A stretch of DNA of 64,000 nucleotides from Clostridia bacterium (GCA_022797145.1 JAAWKA010000003.1:26164-90163), one strand, 5' to 3'. Positions 1 through 11,322 are shown, numbered from the stretch's first letter. Numbers and translations: made by a program. Notes: generated by a model not told the origin, from the sequence alone.

Positions 1-83
1 AAGTACAAACAAAAGATATGGGAGAACTAATAAAAATACTATAATAATATATATTCAAAGATATGTAGAAAGAGAGGTAATAG

Positions 84-3000
84 ATGTCAGAATTTGTTCA
101 TTTACATGTTCATAGTGAATATAGTTTACTAGATGGAGCAAATAGAATTAAAGACTTACCAATAAGAGCAAAAGAACTTGGGATGAATGCAATTGCTCTT
201 ACTGATCATGGAGTTATGTATGGAATTATCGACTTTTACAAAGCATGTACAAAAGAAGGAATAAAACCTATTATAGGTTGTGAAGTGTATGTATCAAATA
301 GAAGTAGATTTGATAAAGAAGCTAATATAGATTTTAACAATCATTTAATATTACTTGCAAAAAATAATGAAGGATATAAAAACCTTACAAAGCTTGTGTC
401 TATAGGATTTGTAGAAGGATTTTACTATAAACCACGTATAGATAAAGAAATGCTAAAGAAATATCATGAAGGACTTATATGTTGTAGTGCATGTCTTGCA
501 GGTGAAGTAAATAGAGCAATTCTAAAAGATGATATGAAAAAAGCAGAAGAAGTTGCTTTATGGTATAAAGATCTATTTAAGGAAGACTATTACTTGGAAA
601 TACAAAATAATGGATTAAAAGAACAAGTACTTGCAAATCAGAAATTGATTGAATTGGCAAACAAGCTAGATATTCCATTAGTTGCTACAAATGATGCACA
701 TTATTTAAAAAAAGAAGATTCATATAATCATGAAGTTTTATTGTGTATTCAAACTGGAAAGAAAATGAATGATGGAGATAGAATGAAATTTGAGACAGAT
801 GAGTTATATATAAAATCTCCACAAGAAATGATAGAATATTTCAAAAATATTCCAGAGGCTATACAAAATACAGTTAAAATAGCAGATAAATGCAATGTTA
901 ATTTTGAATTTGGAAATACTATATTGCCAAATTACAATGTTCCAAAAGAATTTGGATCTCATTATGAGTATTTAAAGAAACTTTGTGATGATGGGATAAA
1001 GAAAAGATATGGAAAAAATCCAAGTAAAGAAATATTACAAAGAGCAGAATATGAAATAAATGTAATTAACAAAATGGGATATGTAGACTATTACTTAATT
1101 GTTTGGGATTATATAAATTATGCAAAATCGGTAGGAATACCAGTAGGACCAGGACGTGGTTCAGGAGCTGGATCTATACTCGCATACGCAATAGGTATTA
1201 CAGATATTGATCCAATAAAATATAATTTACTTTTTGAAAGATTTTTAAATCCTGAAAGAATTAGTATGCCAGATTTTGATATAGATTTTTGTTATGAAAG
1301 AAGGCAAGAAGTAATTGACTATGTATGTAATAAATATGGAGAAGATCATGTATCACAAATCATTACTTTTGGAACAATGTCTGCAAGAATGGTAATAAGA
1401 GATGTAGCAAGAGTATTAGATGTTTCATATGCTGAAGCAGACAAACTTGCTAAAATGATACCAAATGAATTACACATAACAATAAAAAAGGCATTAGAAC
1501 AAAATAGAGAATTAGATGAATTATATAAATCAAATGAAGAAGTTAAAAATCTATTAAATATTGCTATGGCATTAGAAGGAATGCCAAGACAGGCATCTAC
1601 TCATGCATGTGGTATAGTTATAACAAAAGATCCAGTTGTGGATTATGTACCATTATATGTAAATACAAAAGATGGAACAATAACTACACAATATATTATG
1701 ACCACTTTAGAAGAGTTAGGACTTCTTAAAATGGACTTTTTGGGACTTCGTACTTTAACTGTTATACAAGATGCTATTAATTTAATAAAAGAACATAGAG
1801 ACATAGAAGTAAAATTTGATAAAGAAATGAAAGACAAAAAGGTATATAAATTATGGGGAAATGGAGAAAGTCAAGGTATATTTCAATTTGAAAGTCAAGG
1901 TATGACTAATTTTATGAAAGAGCTAAAACCAGATAGTTTAGAAGATATAATAGCAGGAGTTTCACTATATAGACCAGGACCAATGGATCAAATACCAAGA
2001 TATATAAAAAATAAATTAAATCCAGAACATGCAGAATATACACATCCATCATTAGAACCAATATTAAATGTAACATATGGTTGTATGGTTTATCAAGAAC
2101 AAGTAATGCAAATAGTAAGAGACTTAGCAGGGTATTCACTTGGAAGAGCAGATTTAGTTAGACGTGCAATGGGAAAGAAAAAACTAGATGTTATGGAAAA
2201 AGAAAGACAATATTTTATACATGGAAAATTAGATGAAAGCGGTCAAATAGAAATACCTGGTTGTGTAAGAAATGGGATAGATGAAGTATCAGCAAACCAT
2301 ATATTTGATGAGATGGCAGAATTTGCAAAATATGCTTTTAATAAATCGCATGCTGCAGCATATGCTGTTATATCATATCAAACTGCATACTTAAAAGCAT
2401 ATTACCCAGAGGAATTTATGGCTGCGACATTAAATAGTTTTTTGGGCAATTTAGATAAAATACCAGGATATATAGATGAATGTAAAAGATTAAAGATAGA
2501 TATATTAAAACCAAGTATAAACAAAAGCTACACAAAATTTACAGTAGATGATGGAAAAATAAGGTTTGGTATGGGAAGTATAAAAAATGTTGGAATAGGG
2601 GCAGTAGAAGCAATAGTTACAGAGAGAAATAAAGGAGGAGATTACAAAAATTTTACAGATTTTTGTGAAAGATTATCAAATGAAGCTGTTAACAAAAAAT
2701 GTATAGAAAGTTTAATAAAAGCAGGAACTTTTGATGAATTTGAACAAACTAGAAGTACATTAATTGAATCTTTTGAAAACATTTTAGATACAATTCAAAC
2801 ATCTTCTAAAAGAGCTTTTAAAGGACAGGTTACAATGTTTGACTTAGATGTAGAAAATGAAGAGATAAATGATATAAAATATACATATAAAATCTTAAAA
2901 GAATTTACTAAAAAAGAATTACTATATATGGAAAAAGAAATGTTAGGATTATATATATCAGGACATCCATTAGAAAATATAAAAGAACAAATAGAAAACA

Positions 3001-3557
3001 ATACTGATGTTAACACAATGCAACTAAAAAATCTAAGAGAACAGATAAAAGATGAGCAAATAGTAGAAGAGTATAGAGATGGTCAAATAGTTAAAATTGC
3101 AGGAATTATTAATAGCATAAAGAAAAAATATACAAAAACAAATAAAATAATGGCATTTATTACAATAGAAGATTTATATGGGCAAATAGAAGTAATAGCA
3201 TTTGAAAATTGTTATCAAGCCTCTTATAATCTATTATTAAATGATGAAATAGTATTAATTGAAGGAAGATTAAGTATTAGAGAAGATGAGGAAACAAAAA
3301 TTATTGCAAATAGAATTACAAAATTTGGACAAAAATCTAGTAAAAGCTTAACAATAGATATAACAGATTTAGAAGAAGAAAAAAAAGCACAATTAAGAGG
3401 TGCTATAAAGTTTTTTTCAGGAGATAAAAATAACATATCAATAAACATAAAAGAAAAAGAAGAAGAAAAGGCATGTGGGGGAATATATATAACAGAAAAT
3501 ATATTAAAAGAATTTGAAGAACTTATAGGAAAACAAAGAGTGAAACTAAATGAATAA
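84..3557 (+). CDS. dnaE: DNA polymerase III alpha subunit (DnaE type, N-terminal PHP domain)
   Basis: 1157-aa ORF. The N-terminal PHP motif HLHVHSEYSLLDG is present, the length is typical of DnaE and the catalytic core region is conserved. Confidence 0.9.
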   Translation: MSEFVHLHVHSEYSLLDGANRIKDLPIRAKELGMNAIALTDHGVMYGIIDFYKACTKEGIKPIIGCEVYVSNRSRFDKEANIDFNNHLILLAKNNEGYKNLTKLVSIGFVEGFYYKPRIDKEMLKKYHEGLICCSACLAGEVNRAILKDDMKKAEEVALWYKDLFKEDYYLEIQNNGLKEQVLANQKLIELANKLDIPLVATNDAHYLKKEDSYNHEVLLCIQTGKKMNDGDRMKFETDELYIKSPQEMIEYFKNIPEAIQNTVKIADKCNVNFEFGNTILPNYNVPKEFGSHYEYLKKLCDDGIKKRYGKNPSKEILQRAEYEINVINKMGYVDYYLIVWDYINYAKSVGIPVGPGRGSGAGSILAYAIGITDIDPIKYNLLFERFLNPERISMPDFDIDFCYERRQEVIDYVCNKYGEDHVSQIITFGTMSARMVIRDVARVLDVSYAEADKLAKMIPNELHITIKKALEQNRELDELYKSNEEVKNLLNIAMALEGMPRQASTHACGIVITKDPVVDYVPLYVNTKDGTITTQYIMTTLEELGLLKMDFLGLRTLTVIQDAINLIKEHRDIEVKFDKEMKDKKVYKLWGNGESQGIFQFESQGMTNFMKELKPDSLEDIIAGVSLYRPGPMDQIPRYIKNKLNPEHAEYTHPSLEPILNVTYGCMVYQEQVMQIVRDLAGYSLGRADLVRRAMGKKKLDVMEKERQYFIHGKLDESGQIEIPGCVRNGIDEVSANHIFDEMAEFAKYAFNKSHAAAYAVISYQTAYLKAYYPEEFMAATLNSFLGNLDKIPGYIDECKRLKIDILKPSINKSYTKFTVDDGKIRFGMGSIKNVGIGAVEAIVTERNKGGDYKNFTDFCERLSNEAVNKKCIESLIKAGTFDEFEQTRSTLIESFENILDTIQTSSKRAFKGQVTMFDLDVENEEINDIKYTYKILKEFTKKELLYMEKEMLGLYISGHPLENIKEQIENNTDVNTMQLKNLREQIKDEQIVEEYRDGQIVKIAGIINSIKKKYTKTNKIMAFITIEDLYGQIEVIAFENCYQASYNLLLNDEIVLIEGRLSIREDEETKIIANRITKFGQKSSKSLTIDITDLEEEKKAQLRGAIKFFSGDKNNISINIKEKEEEKACGGIYITENILKEFEELIGKQRVKLNE

Positions 3558-3663
3558 AGATTATATAAAACTAATAAAAAGTATACGCTATTTTCACAAT
3601 TTAGACACATATAAAAAATATAATATGTAATATTTATGAAAACAAACAAGGAGTGAAATACAC

Positions 3664-4341
3664 ATGAACAATAGAACCGTGTTAATAGTAGATGATGAAG
3701 TAAGAATGAGAAAATTAATAAAGGATTTTTTAGTTCAAAAGGAATATTCAGTATTAGAAGCAGAAAATGGTGAAGAGGCATTAGAAGTATTTGAAGAAAA
3801 GCAAAATATAATAGATATTATTCTCTTAGATATAATGATGCCTAAATTAGATGGCTGGTCAGTGCTAAGACAAATCAGACAAACTTCTAAAGTACCAATA
3901 ATAATGTTAACAGCAAGAGGAGAAGAACAAGATGAATTATTTGGATTTGAGTTAGGAGTTGATGAATATATATCAAAACCATTTAGTCCTAAAGTACTAG
4001 TAGCAAGAGTAGAAGCAATACTAAAAAGAACAAAACCAATACAAAATGATATAAAAGATTATGGTGGAATTGTAATAGATGCTGATGGAAGAACTGTGAA
4101 AATAGATGGGAAAGATGTAGAAATGAGTTTAAGAGAATATGAACTATTAAAATATTTAGTAGATAATGAAGCAATAGCATTATCAAGAGATAAAATATTA
4201 AATAATGTATGGAATTATGATTATTATGGAGATTCTAGAACAATAGATAGTCATATAAAAAAGATAAGACATAAATTAGGAAAAAAAGGAAAATATATTC
4301 AAACAATGAGAGGAATAGGATATAAATTTGAGGTGAAATAG
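3664..4341 (+). CDS. two-component response regulator, OmpR family
   Basis: The N-terminal receiver has the LIVDDE motif and the phospho-acceptor Asp context LDIMMP, with a Lys near the end. The C-terminal winged helix shows a trans_reg_C pattern (MSLREYELLKYL, YIQTMRGIGYKF). Confidence 0.85.
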   Translation: MNNRTVLIVDDEVRMRKLIKDFLVQKEYSVLEAENGEEALEVFEEKQNIIDIILLDIMMPKLDGWSVLRQIRQTSKVPIIMLTARGEEQDELFGFELGVDEYISKPFSPKVLVARVEAILKRTKPIQNDIKDYGGIVIDADGRTVKIDGKDVEMSLREYELLKYLVDNEAIALSRDKILNNVWNYDYYGDSRTIDSHIKKIRHKLGKKGKYIQTMRGIGYKFEVK

Positions 4342-4343
4342 AA

Positions 4344-5856
4344 TTGGATAACATAAAGAACAAATTAAAATCAATAAGAGTAAAACTATTTTTAACTTTG
4401 TGTATTGTAGTCATTATAATAATTGCATTTCTAATAATCACAAATAACTTTATATTAGAAACCTTCTATCTATATTCAAAACAAAGAAAGCTAGTATCAG
4501 TATATGAAACTTTAAACAATTATTATACTAATCAAGATTTAAACATAAATTTAGAACTAGAATTAGAAAAAATAGCAATTAATAATAACTTTGATATAGT
4601 TGTAAAAACAGATAAAAATGTTAGTATATATTCCATAAATAGAGATTTTTTAAGCACAATTAATTCAATTAACTCAATAACTAATATGGTAGCAAAAAAT
4701 GAAAATATAATATTAAGAAATGATAAAGTTACGATACAAAAAATAGAAGACTCAAAAAATCGGTTTAACATTTATTCTATGTCATGCTACATTAGATAAT
4801 GGATATAAACTCTATATAAGAATGCCAGTGGCTTCTATACATGAAAGTGTAAAAATATCAAATAATTTTTTATACTTAATAGGAGGATTTACAATAATTG
4901 TAGGTGGAATAGTAGTATCGATCATATCTAGAAGATTTACTACTCCAATATTAGAATTAAATAATATAGCAAAAAAAATGTCAAAACTAGATTTTAGTCA
5001 TAAATATAATATAACTGATATAGATGATGAAATAAATAACTTAGGAAAAAGTATAAATACAATGTCAGACAAATTGGAAAGAACTATAAGACAACTAAGA
5101 AATACTAATATTGAGCTAGAAAAGGATATAGAAGAAAAATCTCAAATAGATGAAATGAGAAAACAATTTATACAGGATGTATCACATGAGTTAAAAACTC
5201 CAATAGCACTAATACAAGGATATGCAGAAGGACTAATAGAAAATGTAAATAAAGATGAAGAAAGTAGAAATTTTTATTCAGAAGTAATACTAGATGAAGC
5301 AAATAAAATGGATAAATTAGTAAAACAACTATTAGAACTAATGAAATTAGAATATGGAAAAAGGCAGTTTAACAATAAAAGATTTGACATACAGGAGCTA
5401 ATAACAGAAGTAATAAGAAAGTCTACAGTAATGTTAGAAGAAAAACAAATAGAGGTAGAATTTGATAATAAAGTACCAATTTATGTATATGCAGATGATT
5501 TTTATGTAGAACAAGTAGTGACAAACTATTTTACAAATGCAATAAAACATGTAAAAGAAGTAAATAAGAAAAAGATAATAAGGATAACAAATACAATAAA
5601 TAAAGAAAAGAATGTAGTAAGAATAAAAATATTTAATACAGGAGAAAATATAGATGAAGAAAAATTAACAAGAATATGGAATAGGTTTTATAAAATAGAT
5701 GAATCAAGAAATAGACAAGAAGGTGGAACAGGAATTGGGCTATCACTAGTAAAAGCAATAATGAATAACTATAACCAAGATTATGGAGTAATAAATCATG
5801 AAAATGGAGTAGAATTTTATTTTGAATTATCTAGTGAGCAGCTATGTAAAATATAA
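4344..5856 (+). pseudogene. sensor histidine kinase, apparently frameshifted (4344..4799 N-terminal TM/sensor part; 4822..5856 TM2-HAMP-HisKA-HATPase part)
   Basis: Two adjacent same-strand ORFs in different frames. The first has TM1 plus an extracytoplasmic domain. The second continues upstream open in its own frame (..LDNGYKLYIRMPVAS..), then has TM2 (LYLIGGFTIIVGGIVVSII), the H-box (DVSHELKTPIALIQGYAEGL) and the N/G1/G2 boxes. The frame change lies within 4747-4800. Confidence 0.6.
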
Positions 5857-5924
5857 TTATAATATTTATTTACAATAAATATAAAGTAGTGTAAAATAGA
5901 AAAAAATAATATAAGGAGATACAA

Positions 5925-7478
5925 ATGAAAACAAATAAAGAAAATGGAATTACATTAGTGGCATTAATAATTACAATAATTATACTTTTAATTTTGGCAG
6001 GAATAACAATTAATCTATTAATTGGAGAAAATGGACTTATAAAAATAGCAACAGAAGCAGCAAAGAAATATGAATTAGAAGCAATTAAGGAAAGAATAGA
6101 ATTAGTAGTATTAGGAAGCTACAATAATGAAGGAAAATTAGAACTTGATATATTAAAAAATAATATAAGTGAAAATATTCCAGAAGCAACAATAGTTGGA
6201 GAAGACTTTCCAATAATAGTAAATGTATTTGATTATTCTTTTGAAATAGATAAAGATGGTAAAGTAGAATTTATAGAATCAAATAAGCCAGAAATTACAC
6301 ATCAACCAGAAGTGACAGAAGTGAAAGTAGTAGAAAATAGTGATGGAACAGGAAATTCAATAGAATCAGATAGCGTGGAAGAAGGAAGACAATTATATAT
6401 AAGTTTTAAAGCCAGTATAAAGGAAGGAACAATAAAATCAGTAACTTGTGATAAAGGAACCCCAACATTATTGAATGGAATTTATGTCACTCCAATTACA
6501 CAAAATGGAATCTATAAATTTACTATTGTAGGAAATGTAGGAGGAAAAGATTATAGTATAATACATTCAGTAAATGTAGATAAATATGAAAAAAGATCAG
6601 GACTAAAAGTAGGAGACTATATATCTTATGAGCCAGATTCAGCACAACCATATACAAAATTATCTTTAGATAATACAGGAGCACAAAATAATTCTACATC
6701 ACTAACACAAGAAAATTTAAATTGGCAAATATTAAGAATATATGATGATGGAAGTATGGATTTAATAGGAAGTCCAACAAGTGCATATCTATATTTAGGA
6801 GTTCATAAAGGATATAATAATGGGGTATATTTAATGAATGATATATGCAAAAGCTTGTACAGTAAAACTAGCAAAGGAATTATAGCAAGAAGTATAAGAA
6901 AAGAAGATTTTGAAGAATGGCTAACTGATTCAGGAAGGGAAGTTAGAGATAAATATACTAGTGAACCAGGAATAATCTATGGAGGATCAAAATTTTATGC
7001 AACAAATTCATATTATCCAGATATATACCAATATGAAAAAGGAGCAGGAATTAATTCTACCACACCTCAAACAGAGGGGATTGGGCCATCTGAAAGTTAT
7101 AGTGGATATGAAAATGGTTTAACTACAAATACTTATGAAAGAGCAGATTCTGTAGGATTAACAGTTACGCAAACAGGGTATGAATTACCAGCTATAGATG
7201 TTGCGACATTTGGAGAGGGAGTAAAGCCATTAACTGCATCAACAGTATATTGGATAGCTTCACGTTATACTTGGTGTGGACCAGTTCATTCGACATTTGG
7301 ATATTTTATTGGTGGAACTGCTATAAAACTTAACTGGCTAACTACTACAGCTAATAGTCATCCACAGACACTTGGCTATAATCTTCGTCCTGTAGTTTCA
7401 ATAGGAGCAAATGCTGAGATAACAACTTGTTTAGGAGCAAATAGTGTAACTAATAAACATATTATAACACAATATTAA
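5925..7478 (+). CDS. large secreted or surface protein with a pilin-like N-terminal hydrophobic segment
   Basis: The N-terminus MKTNKENGITLVALIITIIILLILAG resembles a type IV prepilin leader plus hydrophobic helix but lacks the canonical Glu at +5. The remainder is Thr/Gly/Asn-rich, as in an extracellular domain. Confidence 0.35.
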   Translation: MKTNKENGITLVALIITIIILLILAGITINLLIGENGLIKIATEAAKKYELEAIKERIELVVLGSYNNEGKLELDILKNNISENIPEATIVGEDFPIIVNVFDYSFEIDKDGKVEFIESNKPEITHQPEVTEVKVVENSDGTGNSIESDSVEEGRQLYISFKASIKEGTIKSVTCDKGTPTLLNGIYVTPITQNGIYKFTIVGNVGGKDYSIIHSVNVDKYEKRSGLKVGDYISYEPDSAQPYTKLSLDNTGAQNNSTSLTQENLNWQILRIYDDGSMDLIGSPTSAYLYLGVHKGYNNGVYLMNDICKSLYSKTSKGIIARSIRKEDFEEWLTDSGREVRDKYTSEPGIIYGGSKFYATNSYYPDIYQYEKGAGINSTTPQTEGIGPSESYSGYENGLTTNTYERADSVGLTVTQTGYELPAIDVATFGEGVKPLTASTVYWIASRYTWCGPVHSTFGYFIGGTAIKLNWLTTTANSHPQTLGYNLRPVVSIGANAEITTCLGANSVTNKHIITQY

Positions 7479-7515
7479 AATAATCCCTCTTAACTTTAGC
7501 TTAAGAGGGATTATT
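7479..7515 (+). terminator. rho-independent terminator (perfect stem AATCCCTCTTAA..TTAAGAGGGATT)
   Basis: Inverted repeat immediately after the stop of the 5925..7478 ORF, followed by a TT-rich tract. Confidence 0.5.
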
Positions 7516-7753
7516 TAATAGTATAGATTTATAGATAAATAGTCAAGATATTCTATAAAAAACAAACTACAACCTTTTAGAATTCATAAAATAGATTAAT
7601 TCAGAATAAGAATTAGTCTATTTTATTTTACAAACATTAATAATTATTTGTCGAAAACTTCTCATAAATCGCTAAAACTTCTATTTATTCGCTATTGGAA
7701 AATATTGCCATAGGAGTTATAATGAAAAAAACAAAAGATAAGGAGGAGTTAGT

Positions 7754-8080
7754 TTGAATACAAAATATGAAGAAAAGGACAAGCAACTGTTTTTTGAGAT
7801 AACAGAAGAGATTGACCACCATACAACAGAGAAAATAAGGAGGAAAATGGATAATGAAATTCAAAGATATATGCCTAAAAGAATTATATTTGATTTTAAT
7901 AAAGTTACTTTCATGGATAGTGCGGGAATTGGAATGTTAATAGGGAGATATAAAATGATGAAAATGTTAGGAGGAACATCAGAAATAATAAATGTAAAGC
8001 CAAGTATTAAAAAGATATTTGAAATGTGTGGTTTATTAAAAATAATACCAATAAGAAATAATGCTAAAAACATTAGCTAA
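7754..8080 (+). CDS. spoIIAA: anti-sigma-F factor antagonist SpoIIAA (STAS domain)
   Basis: 108 aa with a TTG start and a strong RBS (AAGGAGG). The STAS motif FMDSAGIGML carries the phosphorylatable Ser. It is the first gene of a three-gene operon with spoIIAB and sigF. Confidence 0.85.
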   Translation: MNTKYEEKDKQLFFEITEEIDHHTTEKIRRKMDNEIQRYMPKRIIFDFNKVTFMDSAGIGMLIGRYKMMKMLGGTSEIINVKPSIKKIFEMCGLLKIIPIRNNAKNIS

Positions 8081-8134
8081 TGAAATATAAAAAATATTAT
8101 AAACACTAATACAAGAAATAAGGAGGAAAGTTTA

Positions 8135-8626
8135 GTGAAAAGTTTATATGAAAATGAAATGAAATTAGAATTTTATAGTAAATCTAATAATGAAGCATTT
8201 GCACGTATAAGTGTAGCAGCTTTTGTGTCACAATTAGATCCAACTATTGAAGAATTAGCAGATATAAAGACAGCAGTATCAGAAGCAGTAACAAATTGTA
8301 TTATACATGGATATGAAGATGAAGAAGGAATTATAAGTTTAAATTGCAAAATTTTTGCAAATACAATAGTAATTGAAATATCAGATGAAGGTAAAGGAAT
8401 AGAAAATGTAGATATGGCAAAGGAGCCACTTTATACATCTAAACCAGATTTAGAACGTTCAGGCATGGGATTTACTATTATGGAAAGTTTTATGGATGAT
8501 GTAAAAATAGAATCTATATTAGGTTTAGGTACCAAAGTTACAATGAAGAAAATTATAAAAAAACAAGAAAGTAAAGAAGGAAATGAGAAATTACAAACTA
8601 AAATATTCAGTTCCTTTAGAGGATAA
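8135..8626 (+). CDS. spoIIAB: anti-sigma-F factor / serine kinase SpoIIAB
   Basis: GHKL-type ATPase motifs ([12 protein letters not shown]; DEGKGI; GMGFTIM) and its position between spoIIAA and sigF. Confidence 0.85.
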   Translation: MKSLYENEMKLEFYSKSNNEAFARISVAAFVSQLDPTIEELADIKTAVSEAVTNCIIHGYEDEEGIISLNCKIFANTIVIEISDEGKGIENVDMAKEPLYTSKPDLERSGMGFTIMESFMDDVKIESILGLGTKVTMKKIIKKQESKEGNEKLQTKIFSSFRG

Positions 8627-8656
8627 ACAAAAGAATAAATAAAGAGGGAGTTACAT

Positions 8657-9379
8657 ATGTATGAAAATAATATACTAGATATACAAAAAGCCCAAAAAGG
8701 TGATCAAGGAGCAATGACCAATTTAATTAATAATAATAAAGGATTAATATGGAACATTGTAAAAAGATTTACCAATAGAGGATATGAAACAGAAGATATC
8801 TACCAAATAGGCTGTATGGGTTTTTTAAAAGCAATAAAAAGATTTGATACAAATTTTGAAGTACAGGTTTCTACATATGCAGTACCATATATATTAGGAG
8901 AAATAAAAAGATTTATAAGAGATGATGGAGCAATAAAGGTTAGTAGAAGTACTAAAGAATTAGCAATTAAAATATTAGAATTACAAAAACAGCATTTAAA
9001 TAAAACAGGTGAAGAAATAACAATATCAGAAATTTCAAAAGAATTAAAAATTCCAAAAGAAGAAATTACATTTGCATTAGACTGTTTAAAACCAGTATCT
9101 TCAATATATGAAGAAAGCACAACATCATCAGATGATGATAGAACTTTAATTGATAAAATAAGTACAAATAAAGATGAGGCAAGTATGATAACAGATAAAA
9201 TAGCAATAAGTGAATTAATAAAAAACTTAAATGATAGAGAAAAACAGATTATTATGCTTCGCTTTTACAAAGACAAAACACAAGCACAAGTTGCAAAGGT
9301 TTTGGGTATAACACAAGTACAAGTATCTAGAATAGAAAAAAAGATTTTACACAATATGAAATTAAAATTAACAAGTTAA
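8657..9379 (+). CDS. sigF: RNA polymerase sporulation sigma factor sigma-F
   Basis: 240 aa with sigma-70 region 2 (YQIGCMGFLKAIKRFD, STYAVPYILGEIKRF), region 3, and the region 4 HTH (QAQVAKVLGITQVQVSRIEKK). It is the third gene of the spoIIA operon. Confidence 0.9.
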   Translation: MYENNILDIQKAQKGDQGAMTNLINNNKGLIWNIVKRFTNRGYETEDIYQIGCMGFLKAIKRFDTNFEVQVSTYAVPYILGEIKRFIRDDGAIKVSRSTKELAIKILELQKQHLNKTGEEITISEISKELKIPKEEITFALDCLKPVSSIYEESTTSSDDDRTLIDKISTNKDEASMITDKIAISELIKNLNDREKQIIMLRFYKDKTQAQVAKVLGITQVQVSRIEKKILHNMKLKLTS

Positions 9380-9392
9380 AGTCAAATATAAA

Positions 9393-9430
9393 GGGTTATA
9401 GGAAAATCCCATAAAAAACCTAAATAAAAT
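9393..9430. promoter_or_regulatory. conserved ~36-nt intergenic motif, copy 1 (upstream of spoIID)
   Basis: GGGTTATAGGAAAATCCCATAAAAAACCTAAATAAAAT is about 80% identical to a second copy at 13487-13520. Each copy is followed about 20 nt later by an RBS and a start codon. Confidence 0.35.
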
Positions 9431-9444
9431 TAACAGGAAGAGAT

Positions 9445-10458
9445 ATGAAAAAAATATTAAGTTATGTATTAATTGTAATTTTTGTATGTTTTGCAATTCC
9501 AATTATATTTACCTCAAATAGAAAAACAAAAGAAACTTCATCAGAGGTTGCTGTGAATATAGAAAAAGAAGAAAAGATAGAAAGTATCGAGAATAATTAT
9601 GATTATAAAAATTATAATACAATAAAACTATTACATACAAAAACAAATCAAATAGAAGAAGTAAATTTAGATGAATATTTATATCATGTAGTATCAGCTG
9701 AAATGCCAGCTGATTTTCATATAGAAGCACTAAAAGCACAAGCAGCAGTAGCAAGAACTTATACAATATATAAAATAGTAAGTAATCAAAAAAAACATGG
9801 AGAAGCAGATATATGTGATAGTTCGGACTGTTGTCAAGCTTGGATTTCAAAAGAAGACAGACTAGCTAGGTGGGATGAAAATATAAGACAAAGTAATTGG
9901 GATAAAATAGTAAGTGTGGTCAATTCAACTCAGGGAAAGATTATAACATATAATAGTGAACCAATAAATGCTTTTTTTCATTCCAATAGTGGGGGGACAA
10001 CAGAAATACCATTAAATGTTTGGGGGGGAAGTAATTATCCATACTTACAGACAGTACAAACTTCAGGAGAAGAAGAATATTCACAATATAGTTCAGAAGT
10101 TAATTTAACAAAAGAAGAATTTAAAGAAAAAATCAAACAAAAATATACAGAAATACAAATAGATTTTAATGCTCAAGATTGTGTTCAAATAAAAGAAAAA
10201 ACACAAAGTGGTAGGGTAAAAACATTAAAAATAGGCAATATAGAAATAGCAGGAGTTGAGGCAAGAACTATACTAGGTTTAAGATCAACAAATTTTGATT
10301 TTAAAATAGAAGAAGATAAAATAATATTTAAAGTAATAGGTTATGGACATGGAGTTGGAATGAGTCAAACAGGAGCAGATGCACTTGCTAAACAAGGTAA
10401 AAACTATGAAGAAATAATAAAACATTATTATACAGGAGTAGAAATAAAAGATATGTAA
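9445..10458 (+). CDS. spoIID: stage II sporulation protein D (SpoIID/LytB-type lytic transglycosylase)
   Basis: N-terminal TM, then a SpoIID domain with conserved blocks (AQAAVARTY.., FHSNSGGTTE, GHGVGMSQTGA). Confidence 0.8.
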   Translation: MKKILSYVLIVIFVCFAIPIIFTSNRKTKETSSEVAVNIEKEEKIESIENNYDYKNYNTIKLLHTKTNQIEEVNLDEYLYHVVSAEMPADFHIEALKAQAAVARTYTIYKIVSNQKKHGEADICDSSDCCQAWISKEDRLARWDENIRQSNWDKIVSVVNSTQGKIITYNSEPINAFFHSNSGGTTEIPLNVWGGSNYPYLQTVQTSGEEEYSQYSSEVNLTKEEFKEKIKQKYTEIQIDFNAQDCVQIKEKTQSGRVKTLKIGNIEIAGVEARTILGLRSTNFDFKIEEDKIIFKVIGYGHGVGMSQTGADALAKQGKNYEEIIKHYYTGVEIKDM

Positions 10459-10512
10459 TAAAAATTGTATAAATTTTTAAAATAAGGAAATACTCTTACT
10501 AAATAATAAAAT

Positions 10513-11322
10513 TTGGGAGGAGTTATAATGAGAAGAGATAGTAGAAAATTAGAAAAAAGAGAGAAAAATAAAAGTCTTATTTATATAGGGGGAAGTATTT
10601 TAGCAATAGGAATTCTTGTTTTTGCTATTGCCTTTGTGCTATATGATAGTAATATGGAAAAGCAAAGTAAAATAGATACTACAAAGATTGCAGATTTAAT
10701 ACAAAATAATACAGAAACAGCTAGTACACAAATGGGAAAATCTGTAGAGGAATCTAAAAATCAAATAGAAGATATACCAATAATACCAGAATCAAAAAAC
10801 AAAACACAAACAAGTACAAATAGTAGTAAAAATACAGTAACAACAAATAAATCTACTAAACAAGCACAAACTAAAAAAGAAGAAGTAAAAAAGGAAGAAA
10901 CAGAAGTTAAAAAAGAAGAAATTAAATTTATACAACCAGTTGAAGGAGAAATAATAAAAGAATTTGCAAAAGATAATTTAGTGTATTCACAGACATTGCA
11001 AGAATGGACAACACATACAGCAATAGACTATAAAGCAGAGAAAACAACAATAGTAAAAGCAGCAGCAGATGGAAAAGTAAAATCAATAAAAAATGATCCT
11101 AGATATGGATTATCTATAATAATAGAACATCAGGAGGGATATGAAAGTTTATATGCTAATTTACTAACTTCAGAATTTGTACAAATAGGAGAAGAAGTAA
11201 AAAGTGGACAAAGCATAGGAACAGTAGGAAATACTGCTACTTTTGAAATAGCAGATGAACCACATTTGCATTTTGAAATAATAAAAGATGGAGTTGCAAT
11301 AGATCCAAGAAGTGTTCAATAG
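10513..11322 (+). CDS. membrane-anchored M23/LytM peptidase, SpoIIQ-like
   Basis: N-terminal TM, a Lys/Thr-rich linker and a C-terminal LytM domain (HTAIDY.., IIEHQEGYESLYANL, EPHLHFEI). It is adjacent to spoIID, as spoIIQ is in clostridia. Confidence 0.55.
   Translation: MGGVIMRRDSRKLEKREKNKSLIYIGGSILAIGILVFAIAFVLYDSNMEKQSKIDTTKIADLIQNNTETASTQMGKSVEESKNQIEDIPIIPESKNKTQTSTNSSKNTVTTNKSTKQAQTKKEEVKKEETEVKKEEIKFIQPVEGEIIKEFAKDNLVYSQTLQEWTTHTAIDYKAEKTTIVKAAADGKVKSIKNDPRYGLSIIIEHQEGYESLYANLLTSEFVQIGEEVKSGQSIGTVGNTATFEIADEPHLHFEIIKDGVAIDPRSVQ

Noticed and set aside
7680-7753. Attempt to assign a sigma-H promoter upstream of spoIIAA
   Set aside because: An AGGAGTT element is present but no convincing GAAT -10 occurs at the correct spacing, so it is not called.
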